A DNA stretch of 64,000 nucleotides, taken from an uncultured Eubacteriales bacterium. GTDB taxonomy: Bacteria; Bacillota; Clostridia; Oscillospirales; Acutalibacteraceae. Both the position numbers and the translations under genes were made by a program. Each line of letters opens with the position of its first letter. The stretch's first letter is position 1. Below are positions 15,972-25,630 of this stretch, piece by piece. The notes below the pieces were generated by a model. The model did not search any database, was not told the origin of the DNA, and saw only the letters and a program-made list of their open reading frames with translations. The DNA is taken from assembly GCA_964369225.1 (NCBI GenBank), contig CAYJER010000005.1, forward strand, positions 14,396-78,395. Direction: 5' to 3'.

Positions 15972-17367
15972 TAAATTGCATGAAGAATGTGCCGTTTTTG
16001 GTGTAAGCGTTAATAATCACGAAGCTGCAGGCATAACCTACAATGGTTTGCTTGCATTACAACACAGAGGACAAGAAAGTAGTGGAATAGCAGTTAGCTG
16101 TGACAATAATATTTTATATCACAAGAATACAGGATTAGTACAAGAAGCGTTCAACAACAAAGTTTTATCTAAATTGCCTAAAAGTGGCGTAGCCGTAGGA
16201 CATAACAGATACTCCACAACAGGCTCAAACGTTGCCGAAAATGCAGGACCTTTTATAACCGAATTTTTAACAGGAAGAATAGCAACTGCACATAACGGAA
16301 ACGTAACCAACGCAAAAAAAATTAAAGATAGACTGCAAACTTTAGGTTTAAAATTCATGGCAACAAGCGACAGCGAGGTTGTTTCGTCTTTGATAGCCTA
16401 TCACGCCGTAAGAGAAGAAGACATAGTAAAAGGAATAATTAAGGCATCTAAAGAACTAACAGGCGCTTTTTCACTTGTTATTTTATCTGGTGAAAAATTA
16501 ATTGCCGTTAGAGACCCAAACGGTTTTAGACCACTCTGCATTGGAGAAAACGAAGACGGAATGGTAGTTTCCTCTGAAAGCTGTGCGCTTGATAGCTGTG
16601 GTTTTAAATTTATTAGAGATGTTAGCCCTGGCGAAGTAATAGTAATAGAAAAAGGTAAAATTACTTATTCAGAAACAGTTCTTGATAACAAGATTGATTG
16701 TTGTGGAATTTGTATTTTCGAGTATGTATACTTTGCAAGACCAGACAGTATCATTGATGGTCTTAGCGTATATAAGGCTCGTTATAACATGGGTGCAAGA
16801 CTAGCCCACGAATACCCAGTTGAAGCGGATGTTGTCTGCGGAGTTCCAGACAGCGGACTAGAAGCTGCCATAGGCTACAGTGCTACTAGCAAAATCCCAC
16901 TGGTTTCAGGCTTTGTTAAAAACCGTTATATTGGCAGGAGCTTTATCTACCCTACTCAATCACAACGTGAAAGTGCTGTTAAGCTAAAACTTAATCCACT
17001 TTCTGTAAATGTTAAAGATAAGAGAGTAGTCTTAGTTGATGACTCTATTGTTAGAGGAACTACCATAGCAAAAATTGTGAACAACCTTAAAAATGCAGGG
17101 GCTAAAGAAGTTCACTTAAGAATTTCTTCACCACCATTTAAATATACATGTCACTATGGAACAGACGTTGACAGCGAAGAAAATTTAATAGCTAACCAAA
17201 TGAGCATAGACAGCATATGCAAATCAATTGGAGCAGATAGCCTAGGCTATATCAGTGTAAACGGAATTAAAATAGCATGTAATGATAGTTCTCTACCTTT
17301 CTGCACAAACTGTTTCTCTGGAGAAATGAGAGAAATAGATACCGCTAAAAAATCTGATTTAGAATAA
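15958..17367 (+). CDS. purF: Amidophosphoribosyltransferase (glutamine-PRPP amidotransferase)
   Basis: 469 aa. Propeptide plus catalytic Cys (HEECAVFGV), the PRTase motif VVLVDDSIVRGTT, and four Cys that align with the [4Fe-4S] ligands (CIFEY, TCHYG, CTNCF). Confidence 0.85.
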   Translation: MKSIDKLHEECAVFGVSVNNHEAAGITYNGLLALQHRGQESSGIAVSCDNNILYHKNTGLVQEAFNNKVLSKLPKSGVAVGHNRYSTTGSNVAENAGPFITEFLTGRIATAHNGNVTNAKKIKDRLQTLGLKFMATSDSEVVSSLIAYHAVREEDIVKGIIKASKELTGAFSLVILSGEKLIAVRDPNGFRPLCIGENEDGMVVSSESCALDSCGFKFIRDVSPGEVIVIEKGKITYSETVLDNKIDCCGICIFEYVYFARPDSIIDGLSVYKARYNMGARLAHEYPVEADVVCGVPDSGLEAAIGYSATSKIPLVSGFVKNRYIGRSFIYPTQSQRESAVKLKLNPLSVNVKDKRVVLVDDSIVRGTTIAKIVNNLKNAGAKEVHLRISSPPFKYTCHYGTDVDSEENLIANQMSIDSICKSIGADSLGYISVNGIKIACNDSSLPFCTNCFSGEMREIDTAKKSDLE

Positions 17368-17376
17368 AAAATGACA

Positions 17377-17408
17377 AAATCGAAACCGCCAAAAACGGTT
17401 TCGATTTT
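17377..17408. terminator. Bidirectional intrinsic terminator between purF and the zinc-ribbon gene
   Basis: AAAATCGAAACCG-7 nt-CGGTTTCGATTTT. Confidence 0.7.
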
Positions 17409-17438
17409 ATCTTTCCTCTTAATCTGTTAAACGATTAA

Positions 17439-17711
17439 TTATTGTCTTGATTTTGCAAAACAATCGCTGCAATAAACAGGGCGATCTTCACGTGGTTTAA
17501 ATGGAACTACTGCCTCATTACCACACTCTGCACAAGTAGCTGTGAAACGCTCACGCTCAGGTTTTGCTGTAGCTTTACGGTTTGTACGGCAAGATTTGCA
17601 TCTTTGTGGCTCATTTACGAAGCCTTTTTCTTGATAAAATTCTTGCTCTCCAGCAGTGAATGTAAATTCTCCGCCACAGTCTTTGCATGTTAAATTCTTG
17701 TCCTCGAACAT
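17439..17711 (-). CDS. Zinc-ribbon protein (two CxxC pairs, twice)
   Basis: 90 aa counted from ATG 17711 (RBS AGTGAGGT). Motifs CKDCG...CKSCR and CAECG...CSDCF. The track start at 17768 is probably an N-terminal over-extension. Confidence 0.55.
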   Translation of the reverse strand: MFEDKNLTCKDCGGEFTFTAGEQEFYQEKGFVNEPQRCKSCRTNRKATAKPERERFTATCAECGNEAVVPFKPREDRPVYCSDCFAKSRQ

Positions 17712-18199
17712 TTGTTGTACCTCACTTTGAGTAATATTATATTTTTTAAGGCTTTGCCTTAAAACCATTGTAATTTAAGCCATTAAAGCTTAGAAAAATT
17801 CTCTAACCGCTTTAAATTCCACTAATACATTTTGGTAACAACAAATATATCCGCATTGATTAAAAACAGTTTCTAATTCTCCTCAAATTTCAGGAATACC
17901 GAAATATTACAATAAATTAATTTTATTGTAACTACTAATTTAGTATACACTATAAACACAACATAGTCAAGCTTTTTGACAAAATTTTATTATTCTACAA
18001 CAAAAAAATTGTATTATTTGAAGTTGAATTAAAATACTTTATATAAACCAATCAAAATTTGCATAAATTAGTGTAAACTAGTTCATTTTTCAACTTTATT
18101 TTAGTTAGCAAAGAAGAAAAAACTCTTGAATTATTCCTAATTTACTGGTACAATATACATATAACATATCATATTAATCAAAAATATTGGAGGGATATT

Positions 18200-19168
18200 A
18201 TGAAAAAGTTTTTAAGTATTGTATTGGCTTTATCCATGTTTATGTTAGTTGCATGCTCTAACAACACAGGGGAAGAATCATCACAGCAAAGCGAGCAAAA
18301 TATTAGTTCTACACAAGAAGCGGTCTCAAGTCAAAACGAACAAATTAGCTCTACACAAGTGAACGACGAAGAAATTACCTCTCGAGACATTACAGGCTAC
18401 TGGGTTCATACTTCAGGCGAGATGTATTATCACCTTGACTCTAACGGAATTTTCGAGTACAAAAGTGCTCAATTTGGTCAAACTGGCTCTTTTGATTTAA
18501 ACAATTATGAAATTACAATTTATAATGGTCCTGAAAGTTCAGTAACAGGTTTTTTTGATGAATACTTAGCAAATTTAGTATTAAACACAATAGCTGGCGA
18601 ATTTTACCGTGCAGCACCTGAGGAAGTTCCACAGTATAATCACGAACCAGATATTTCAGATTTTAATGTATTTGGTTCTTGGACCCTTTTTGGAAACGAG
18701 ACATTTTTAACATTTTATGATGATGGTACATATCTAATAGAGGATTCTGTCGCTATAATTGACAATGGGCATTATACAATAACACCTAACGATCAACTAA
18801 CAGGTGCTGAAATAGAGTTTTTAAGTGAACACGGAAGTGTTTATGGTGGATATTATAGTATAGTGACTAACGAAATTGAAGTTGACGATTATGGCACAAG
18901 TTTTGTTAAAGGAGAGGTTCCTTACGATGAAGACAATCTACTTATAGGTGCATGGCTACGTACTGGCACAGATGATACAATAGAATTTTTCAGTGACTAT
19001 ACATTTACATTCTATATAGACGGATATCAAAACACAGGAACTTACAAAAGATTTGGGGACGAATTTGAGTTTACTCTTTATGATCACCCAGTCTTTGGCA
19101 CATACTATCATATAGACAATACAATTCATATTGAAGATTATGGTTGGTTTAGCGAATACGGACACTAA
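18200..19168 (+). CDS. Lipoprotein, function unknown
   Basis: 322 aa. Signal peptide with lipobox (MKKFLSIVLALSMFMLVAC), followed by a Ser/Gln-rich linker. Confidence 0.7.
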   Translation: MKKFLSIVLALSMFMLVACSNNTGEESSQQSEQNISSTQEAVSSQNEQISSTQVNDEEITSRDITGYWVHTSGEMYYHLDSNGIFEYKSAQFGQTGSFDLNNYEITIYNGPESSVTGFFDEYLANLVLNTIAGEFYRAAPEEVPQYNHEPDISDFNVFGSWTLFGNETFLTFYDDGTYLIEDSVAIIDNGHYTITPNDQLTGAEIEFLSEHGSVYGGYYSIVTNEIEVDDYGTSFVKGEVPYDEDNLLIGAWLRTGTDDTIEFFSDYTFTFYIDGYQNTGTYKRFGDEFEFTLYDHPVFGTYYHIDNTIHIEDYGWFSEYGH

Positions 19169-19183
19169 TAACGCAAAAAATTT

Positions 19184-19205
19184 GGGGACAGAATATTCTG
19201 TCCCC
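19184..19205. terminator. Bidirectional terminator hairpin GGGGACAGAATATTCTGTCCCC
   Basis: A perfect 8-bp GC-rich stem flanked by A and T runs. It marks the left edge of the phage element. Confidence 0.7.
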
Positions 19206-19211
19206 ATTTTT

Positions 19212-20120
19212 TTAATCTATATTCTTACAATAATCAAGGCAGATATACCCACTAGGAGTTCTGCCCCAGCTCCCACGAACCTCACTAACATCACAAACCA
19301 TTCCTTTTACATAACCGTTTGCTTTATATTTTGCTAAATTCATAATTTGTGATTGTGCGTTTTGGCTTAAATTTTCAAACCTTTTCCAACCTGAATTAAC
19401 AGTAGGCTCTTCTCTAACTGTTAAAACATTCGCTGTAACTATGTATCTTCCTGTGCTATATACTGTTTCTTCTGTTTCATTTGTTGGAGGAATTGAAGTT
19501 TCTAAACTAAGATTAACTAATAGTTCTGCATTTAATAGATAATTTGTATCACCTGTATATCCAGGTACAGTTCCTCTGTCGCTATTTTGCCAAAGGTCAT
19601 AATCCTGTGCATCATCTACACTATCATAATAATATGCCAGCCACTGAAAATACTTAAGTCTGTCTCGAACGCCCTCACCTTTAATAAGGTTAAGCCTTGA
19701 TCTATAGTCAGTGTTATAATAAATTCCAGCTTTATAGCCAGCCTTTCTAATCTTGTCCATAAAAGCCATTGCCATCGCTTCAAATAGTTTTTTATCTACA
19801 GATACACCATTTTGCAAGGCGTATCTGTTGCTGTCATATTCCCAATCAAAAAAAATCGGAAGTGTAGGATTAACATTATATTTTTTAAGCACAGATAAAA
19901 CAAAGTCTGCCTCTAGTTCTGCCCCACCTACAGAATAGGCATATGAGAAATGATATAACCCAAATGGAAATTTGCAGTTTTTAAGGTTATGAGACAGGCA
20001 ACCGTCTTCATAACCTTTTCCAAAACCTATTCTAAAAATAGCGAAATCGCATTCAATTTTTTCCCAATTTACTTTTCCGTTGTGTTCAGATAAATCTATT
20101 CCTTTTTTATACATCCTCAA
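19212..20120 (-). CDS. Endolysin: GH25-type muramidase with a C-terminal SH3-like cell-wall binding domain
   Basis: 302 aa. GIDLSEHNGKVNWEKI...GLYHFSY at the N-terminus. The C-terminal part (YIVTANVLTVREEP...GWGRTPSGYICLDY) looks like SH3_3. Confidence 0.75.
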   Translation of the reverse strand: MRMYKKGIDLSEHNGKVNWEKIECDFAIFRIGFGKGYEDGCLSHNLKNCKFPFGLYHFSYAYSVGGAELEADFVLSVLKKYNVNPTLPIFFDWEYDSNRYALQNGVSVDKKLFEAMAMAFMDKIRKAGYKAGIYYNTDYRSRLNLIKGEGVRDRLKYFQWLAYYYDSVDDAQDYDLWQNSDRGTVPGYTGDTNYLLNAELLVNLSLETSIPPTNETEETVYSTGRYIVTANVLTVREEPTVNSGWKRFENLSQNAQSQIMNLAKYKANGYVKGMVCDVSEVRGSWGRTPSGYICLDYCKNID

Positions 20121-20388
20121 TTTCCTTTCTTGGTGTTTTATATTCCATAGCCTGTTCAGTATCCCCTAGTCCATTTGTAGTAGGATCGTTTATAACTCCC
20201 ATTATTATCAATACTGAAAACGCTGCATTTACAAAGGTGAGTATTTTAGCCTGTAAATCACCTAGATTCAATTGCACATCAAATATTGCTAATCCTACCT
20301 GCACCAGAACTAAAAGTGCTGGTATGAACGAAATCCAGAAATTCTTATTTTTAAATCTAACTAACCAATTTACCTTCATCAAAATCAC
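20107..20388 (-). CDS. Holin (phi-LC3 / holin_1-like)
   Basis: 93 aa. NWLVRFKNKNFW, two TM segments, and the motif INDPTTNGLGDTEQAMEY. It overlaps the endolysin start. Confidence 0.7.
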   Translation of the reverse strand: MILMKVNWLVRFKNKNFWISFIPALLVLVQVGLAIFDVQLNLGDLQAKILTFVNAAFSVLIIMGVINDPTTNGLGDTEQAMEYKTPRKEIEDV

Positions 20389-20405
20389 CTAGATACCTTT
20401 CTTTT

Positions 20406-20666
20406 CTATATATTATGTATATTCTTCTTATTGTGTTCCTCAATTCTTATAAGTCGTGCCTCATGGTCTTTAATTTCATTCCGCAAAGCCTTTATATCAT
20501 ACTTAATCTCATTAAGTCCATTAGAAATCCCCTCTAGTTTAACTATAATCATTGTAATTTCTTGAGTTTCACCCTTTGTGTCTTTTTTAGAACCACGCCA
20601 AATTCCTACAAAAGAAAAACACATCGATGCAATTATAGCCGTGACAGGGACTATTATCTCCCACAT
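20406..20666 (-). CDS. Small membrane-anchored coiled-coil protein, lysis-module accessory (XhlA-like?)
   Basis: 86 aa with one N-terminal TM and a coiled coil. The call rests mainly on its position upstream of the holin. Confidence 0.4.
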   Translation of the reverse strand: MWEIIVPVTAIIASMCFSFVGIWRGSKKDTKGETQEITMIIVKLEGISNGLNEIKYDIKALRNEIKDHEARLIRIEEHNKKNIHNI

Positions 20667-20675
20667 ATAAACACC

Positions 20676-20942
20676 TCAAATCATATCGACAACAAAATAA
20701 AGCTGACCTCCATCCTGCCGAACAATCGCAAACTTGTCGCCTACTTTAACGGACTGTGTCTCAAAAAGGTTTGTCACCGTCTTAGACATCACACAAAAAT
20801 CACTACCTATCATTAAGTTTGTTCCAAGGTTAAAGCTAATCGGATAAAGGCTAACTAATTCAGCAAAAATTAGTTTAGTTAAACTTTCTGCCTTTACGGC
20901 TTCTAAAGCCATTCTCTTAATTATAGATGCTATATCACCCAT
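20676..20942 (-). CDS. XkdR-like (DUF2577-type) small tail/baseplate protein in a non-canonical position
   Basis: 88 aa. The C-terminal motif VKVGDKFAIVRQDGGQLYFVVDMI resembles the XkdR family. Confidence 0.4.
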   Translation of the reverse strand: MGDIASIIKRMALEAVKAESLTKLIFAELVSLYPISFNLGTNLMIGSDFCVMSKTVTNLFETQSVKVGDKFAIVRQDGGQLYFVVDMI

Positions 20943-22186
20943 TAGCTTACCCCCTTAATATACAAGCCCTGTTTGCAAACATACACCTGACATTTCACAT
21001 ATAAACCATGTACACATACATAAACATATGCTTTTTTATAAGTTCCTGAAACTGCAATCTTTACGCCAGAATAATCTTCTCTTCTAACAATATTAGTTTC
21101 TTTATATGGTGAAATCTCGCCAAAGATATCCACCGCACAAATTCTAAACTTAATATTACTTTGATCTTCCATATATTCAGCTGGCTTAAACCTGTAATAA
21201 AGACCTGTAGTAGTAACTAAAGTTTTCCATGCAGTGTTGTTTACTGAATACTCCACTTTATATTCTTTGATATTATTTTCACTGTCACTAGCATTTTCCC
21301 ACGATACTGTTAAATAGTCATTCTCTGAAACCTTGCTAGCATCTACATTTAAACTATTAACTGCCTGTGGAGCAGTGTTTACTTTTACCGATGAAGAGTA
21401 TTTATAATCAGAATAATAACTGCTACCGGCACTTCCCTCTGCCCTTATTCTATAGGCAATTGTGCTACCTTTGTCAAATTCAAGGCTATGAGTATAACTA
21501 CCCGAAACAGCAGTGCTTGCAACCCTATTAAGTAGCCACCATGTACTGCTGTCATTTAGCTTGTACTCAATTCTATAGCCTGTTATACTGTTTGCCGTTC
21601 CACTCTTAGCGTTAGACCACTTAAGATTAACTGTATCAGCTACAACCGAGTTTACACTATTCTCTACAGTAAAAGAAGTAGGCGCTGTGCAATTTGTGCT
21701 TGAAATTCTTTTCTCTAAAGTAATTTGATTACTTCCACCAGCCTCATAACTATAAAGATGATAACCCGAGCCATCACTCTGAGGAACATTAAAAGGGGCA
21801 AACCTTGCCGTACTAGGGTTTGTATATCCTGCGGCAAGGTAAACACTATAAGTACTTGTCGAATTATATTCAACCTCAAAAGTAGTAGAACCCACTAGAT
21901 TATAAACATTACTTTTAACCTCTTTATTATTTGTAAGAGTTGGATTAATGTTCACCTTATGCAAAGCCGCTGAACTACTACCTTTTCTAATTCCTAAGTA
22001 GAGCGTATCATTTGTATAAACTGAATAAGTGTAAGGATCGGGCTTTATGTAAAAATCCACCTTAATATTTGCAACACTTTTAAGGGTTGATAAATCATCT
22101 ACATATGTTACCGAATAAAGCAATTTAGCATAAGTCTTATAATAAATATTTGTTGTCCTATTAAAGCCTACAATAATTTCTGGCAT
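20942..22186 (-). CDS. Tail fibre / receptor-binding protein with two fibronectin type III-like domains
   Basis: 414 aa. Two FN3-like repeats (VNLKWSNA...ITGYRIEYK and LTVSWENA...IKEYKVEYS). A C-terminal tandem Cys motif follows (VYVCVHGLYVKC / VYVCKQGLYIKG). Confidence 0.6.
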   Translation of the reverse strand: MPEIIVGFNRTTNIYYKTYAKLLYSVTYVDDLSTLKSVANIKVDFYIKPDPYTYSVYTNDTLYLGIRKGSSSAALHKVNINPTLTNNKEVKSNVYNLVGSTTFEVEYNSTSTYSVYLAAGYTNPSTARFAPFNVPQSDGSGYHLYSYEAGGSNQITLEKRISSTNCTAPTSFTVENSVNSVVADTVNLKWSNAKSGTANSITGYRIEYKLNDSSTWWLLNRVASTAVSGSYTHSLEFDKGSTIAYRIRAEGSAGSSYYSDYKYSSSVKVNTAPQAVNSLNVDASKVSENDYLTVSWENASDSENNIKEYKVEYSVNNTAWKTLVTTTGLYYRFKPAEYMEDQSNIKFRICAVDIFGEISPYKETNIVRREDYSGVKIAVSGTYKKAYVYVCVHGLYVKCQVYVCKQGLYIKGVS

Positions 22187-22197
22187 AATGCTCCTTT

Positions 22198-22623
22198 CTA
22201 CTCAATCTTAATCCATATTCTACCGTCTTGCAAAGGCGGTTCTTCAGCACTAATAACTATATCATCTGTGGTTAGTGCGATTGCTAGTTTTTCTTTTTCG
22301 GTAGTGTCAAAATGCACACTTCCTTCAAACATATGTCTAGTCAGCATTTCACGCACCTCTGCCGACGACCCTATTTTATCCGCACCAACGCTAATATAAT
22401 TAGCCGTAGCAGACATAAAATCCCATCTGCTTTTTCCGCTGTCTTGAATCTGTCCATTAGAGTCAAAGCATACAAAATTCCCATCGACTGCATCCACAGG
22501 TACTTTTATACTCTTTGCAAACTCCGCATCTATAATATCAGCATTAGTGTTAAAGTCTTGGATATTAAAAAAATCTTCTTCACTGGGTTTTTTCAAATTA
22601 ATATTCTCTGTATAAGTTGCCAT
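22198..22623 (-). CDS. Tail fibre-associated protein (conserved N-terminal fibre motif)
   Basis: 141 aa. The N-terminal TENINLKKPSEEDFFNIQDFNTNADIID is typical of Firmicute phage fibre N-termini. Confidence 0.45.
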   Translation of the reverse strand: MATYTENINLKKPSEEDFFNIQDFNTNADIIDAEFAKSIKVPVDAVDGNFVCFDSNGQIQDSGKSRWDFMSATANYISVGADKIGSSAEVREMLTRHMFEGSVHFDTTEKEKLAIALTTDDIVISAEEPPLQDGRIWIKIE

Positions 22624-22627
22624 TTAC

Positions 22628-23167
22628 CTAATCCTCTCTTAATACTTTATTTGTAATATCCGCCATTTCAGAATATCTATACTCACTATAATCTCCATAC
22701 CTGTTATAAGCCAACATAAAATTCAGCTCCAAGTTAGCTGGGAGCAAATCTGTAACTAAATTTTCAATAAACTGTAATCTATTTTTCTGTGACAAAGCCA
22801 GCCTGATATTCACCTGATAATTAAAAAAGTTAGCATCTATCTCAAAACTACCCTTACCACAAACCTGCTCTAACTGAGACACTAAAAATCTATATGTAAT
22901 AGGTCTTTTTTCTATAATCATGGCAGAAAGAGCAAATTTCCTCTCTTCATCACTTAAACTATAGTCAGGCTTCACCCCATAAATATTTTCGTATCTTTCA
23001 ATTCCAAACTTGTCTGCTGTGGCAATAAACAAATTATCAAGCAGTCTGTATCTTTGATAGAACAAATCATTTATATCATTTTGAACAATAGACTGTATCT
23101 GCCTTAATTCTTCCACATTTTTTAAGTGTTCAGGCAGATAATCAAGTAATTGTCGCATCCACTTCAC
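22628..23167 (-). CDS. XkdU / YmfQ-like (DUF2313) baseplate-tail protein
   Basis: 179 aa. Its position after baseplate J and its size support the call, and it overlaps the upstream gene. Confidence 0.6.
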   Translation of the reverse strand: MKWMRQLLDYLPEHLKNVEELRQIQSIVQNDINDLFYQRYRLLDNLFIATADKFGIERYENIYGVKPDYSLSDEERKFALSAMIIEKRPITYRFLVSQLEQVCGKGSFEIDANFFNYQVNIRLALSQKNRLQFIENLVTDLLPANLELNFMLAYNRYGDYSEYRYSEMADITNKVLRED

Positions 23168-24194
23168 CCCTTACGGCTATTGTGTCATAGCCTAGAACCA
23201 GATTATTCTCACTGCCATTAATTCTAAAATTCAAGATATCCTCAACACCATCTACCGAAAGTAATTGAGCCTCTAGTTGACTTTTTCTTACAGTAATAAA
23301 ATCTGTATTTCCCCACTTTTTAACCAAAACCGCAAAATAATCGTCTATGGCATTAATTATCGCATCATAAATATCTTCCTGAGAATTTTTCGAGTATGAA
23401 AAACTTAAATTTACAGCCACAGTCTTTGCCCCCTCAACAGTACAAATATGCCCGATTGGTACAAGTCCATTTCCGCCGCCGTCTTTCGTTGGATCAAATA
23501 TGTTTTGAACTTCTTCTACAAAACTTTGGACAGGACTTTTATTATCGGCGCCTAAAATTACAAGCTTGACAGTTCCAGGACCATTCCAAATTGATACAAC
23601 CTTAACAGCACTTATCCCCGCAATAGAACGTGCTTTTTCTATGTAATCTGCCCTGTTTCCGCCAAATGGTTGAGCGTTTACAAACTCAAAATATCTATTT
23701 CTAAAAGTTTCTGTGTCCTCTTCGTCTTGCCCCTTTGTGTCAAGCGATTCAAAATAGCAGTGAATTAACACCGATATATAATCTATAGGAAGTAACTCTT
23801 CCTCTAAAACATTAGAAGCCGAACCTAATTGTTCACATTCAAGCAAGAACAGATCAATTCCAGCATAATCAATTACCTTAAAAGTAAATTCACCGCTCCT
23901 AAACCTGTGTCCTATCTCTACATTACCCAAAATATTACATATCCAGCGTGAAGCCGTGGCAGGCATAGGACTTAAACCTCTCTCTGCCGCACGTCTTATC
24001 AAAAAATCTCTGCTTTGAGTATCCGCAAAACTCTCGGCTATTATTTTGTCAAATTCAGTGTAAGCTAAATAAAGTTCCATAGCACAAGGAGCTACAGCAT
24101 TCATTATTATTGAACCCTCACGCCTATCAAGATGTGAGGGTACTAGGTTTAACATTCTTTCTAATATTTCTTCATAACTTATATTTTCGTACAT
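23142..24194 (-). CDS. Baseplate J-like protein (XkdT-like)
   Basis: 350 aa. The N-terminal YEEILERMLNLVPSHLDRREGSIIMNAVAP is typical of the baseplate J family. Confidence 0.75.
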   Translation of the reverse strand: MYENISYEEILERMLNLVPSHLDRREGSIIMNAVAPCAMELYLAYTEFDKIIAESFADTQSRDFLIRRAAERGLSPMPATASRWICNILGNVEIGHRFRSGEFTFKVIDYAGIDLFLLECEQLGSASNVLEEELLPIDYISVLIHCYFESLDTKGQDEEDTETFRNRYFEFVNAQPFGGNRADYIEKARSIAGISAVKVVSIWNGPGTVKLVILGADNKSPVQSFVEEVQNIFDPTKDGGGNGLVPIGHICTVEGAKTVAVNLSFSYSKNSQEDIYDAIINAIDDYFAVLVKKWGNTDFITVRKSQLEAQLLSVDGVEDILNFRINGSENNLVLGYDTIAVRGEVDATIT

Positions 24195-24196
24195 AT

Positions 24197-24589
24197 CTAC
24201 CCTTCCATATCATAATTGATACTACCAAAAACAGAATTAACCGTAAACTTAGCAAAATATTTTCCATTGTCTTGGCTTATACTAAAATCTTCTACCGATT
24301 TAATTCTGCTGTCTGTAAGTAAAGCCTCTTCAATTCTCTGTTTAAGCCTAACCTTAGTTAAATCAGGGTCAAGCGCATACAGACTAGCTAATTCACAACC
24401 ATAGTCCCACGAATAAATTACATGCTCAAACCTTTCTGTCTGTAGCATTAGATTAATACTTTGAATTAAAGCCTCTTTTCCGTCTATCAAAGAAGTAATC
24501 CTATTCCCTTTTATCATGTATGTAATACTAGGCATTTCCGTTTGATCTCGTGAAAAATTCAACAACAACTCATTAGTTTGTGGAATCAA
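24197..24589 (-). CDS. XkdS-like (DUF2634) baseplate protein
   Basis: 130 aa. The motif DGKEALIQSINLMLQTERFEHVIYSWDYGCEL matches the family. Confidence 0.7.
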   Translation of the reverse strand: MIPQTNELLLNFSRDQTEMPSITYMIKGNRITSLIDGKEALIQSINLMLQTERFEHVIYSWDYGCELASLYALDPDLTKVRLKQRIEEALLTDSRIKSVEDFSISQDNGKYFAKFTVNSVFGSINYDMEG

Positions 24590-25553
24590 TTATCTCTCCC
24601 TCCCATTCTTCCAAAGTGCTAAGTTGCATCCCCATAAAATGACTGCTTCCCTCTATGCTATGTGTTACAGACTCAACCATCATCACATGTCTTATTTGAG
24701 TGTCATTAAGTTTTAAGTCAAGCACAAGGCTACTACCAGCTCTCACTCTAACGTCTCCGAAACTAGTAGTCACAAACAAAGATACATTTAGCCTGTTTTT
24801 CTGTTTAAGAACTGATGAAGCCATAGCCCTAATTTCAGCAATTTCCAGTTGATTTTTAGACTCATAAAGCTCTAACACGCCCCATTTTTCCTGAGAATTT
24901 TTATCTTCTGCAACTATCATCTCTCTTTTTCCGCTTTTAGAATCATCCTTAGAATATTTGACCCTTGTGTACACATCATTATCAATGCTTGTAACATAGC
25001 TATAATTTTGTATATTCTTTTCATTAAGTGCAAGTGGTATAAACATAGAACTAGCCTTTTTTAAAGAAAGCTTACCAAAGTCATCAAACAATATTAACTC
25101 TTCGCCTGTCATCTCAAGAGTTTCTTTATATCCCCTAGCTAAAATATCAAAGCCTGTACCCTCTTCTACTCTGCCTAAAATAATGTGTCCGCTGTCTTCA
25201 ATTGTTCCTGTTTTAAGCTTAAACTCATTTGCCATCTGCCTTAAAAGATCAGAATATTTCTTGTTGCTGTAAACTATACTAGTCCTGTTTTTCAAGTATC
25301 TTAACTGATCATAACATAGAATAGACAAGGTATCAGGACTGTTCTGAGACTTTTCAAAGACAAAACCATAAAAAATATTTATATCATCAACTACAAGGCT
25401 AACCGCATCACCTTCACTAATGTTAAGATATTTATCTATAACACAGTTAAATCTTAAAGTACCAGCCCTACCACTCTTATACGTTTCTAGCACAACCTCG
25501 CCTGTCACCACAGGACTATATACACCCTTAGAATTTTCAAAATATATCCTCAT
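24573..25553 (-). CDS. XkdQ-like baseplate hub protein (late control D-like)
   Basis: 326 aa. The N-terminal YSPVVTGEVVLETYKSGRAGTLRFNCV...EGDAVSLVVDDINIFYGFVF matches the family. Confidence 0.7.
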   Translation of the reverse strand: MRIYFENSKGVYSPVVTGEVVLETYKSGRAGTLRFNCVIDKYLNISEGDAVSLVVDDINIFYGFVFEKSQNSPDTLSILCYDQLRYLKNRTSIVYSNKKYSDLLRQMANEFKLKTGTIEDSGHIILGRVEEGTGFDILARGYKETLEMTGEELILFDDFGKLSLKKASSMFIPLALNEKNIQNYSYVTSIDNDVYTRVKYSKDDSKSGKREMIVAEDKNSQEKWGVLELYESKNQLEIAEIRAMASSVLKQKNRLNVSLFVTTSFGDVRVRAGSSLVLDLKLNDTQIRHVMMVESVTHSIEGSSHFMGMQLSTLEEWEGEIIDSTN

Positions 25554-25630
25554 ATGACATGGACTTTCCTTTCATTCATTCGTACATATCTTCTCTTAAC
25601 TTTAGAATTTAATCAACCTTAATACTTATT

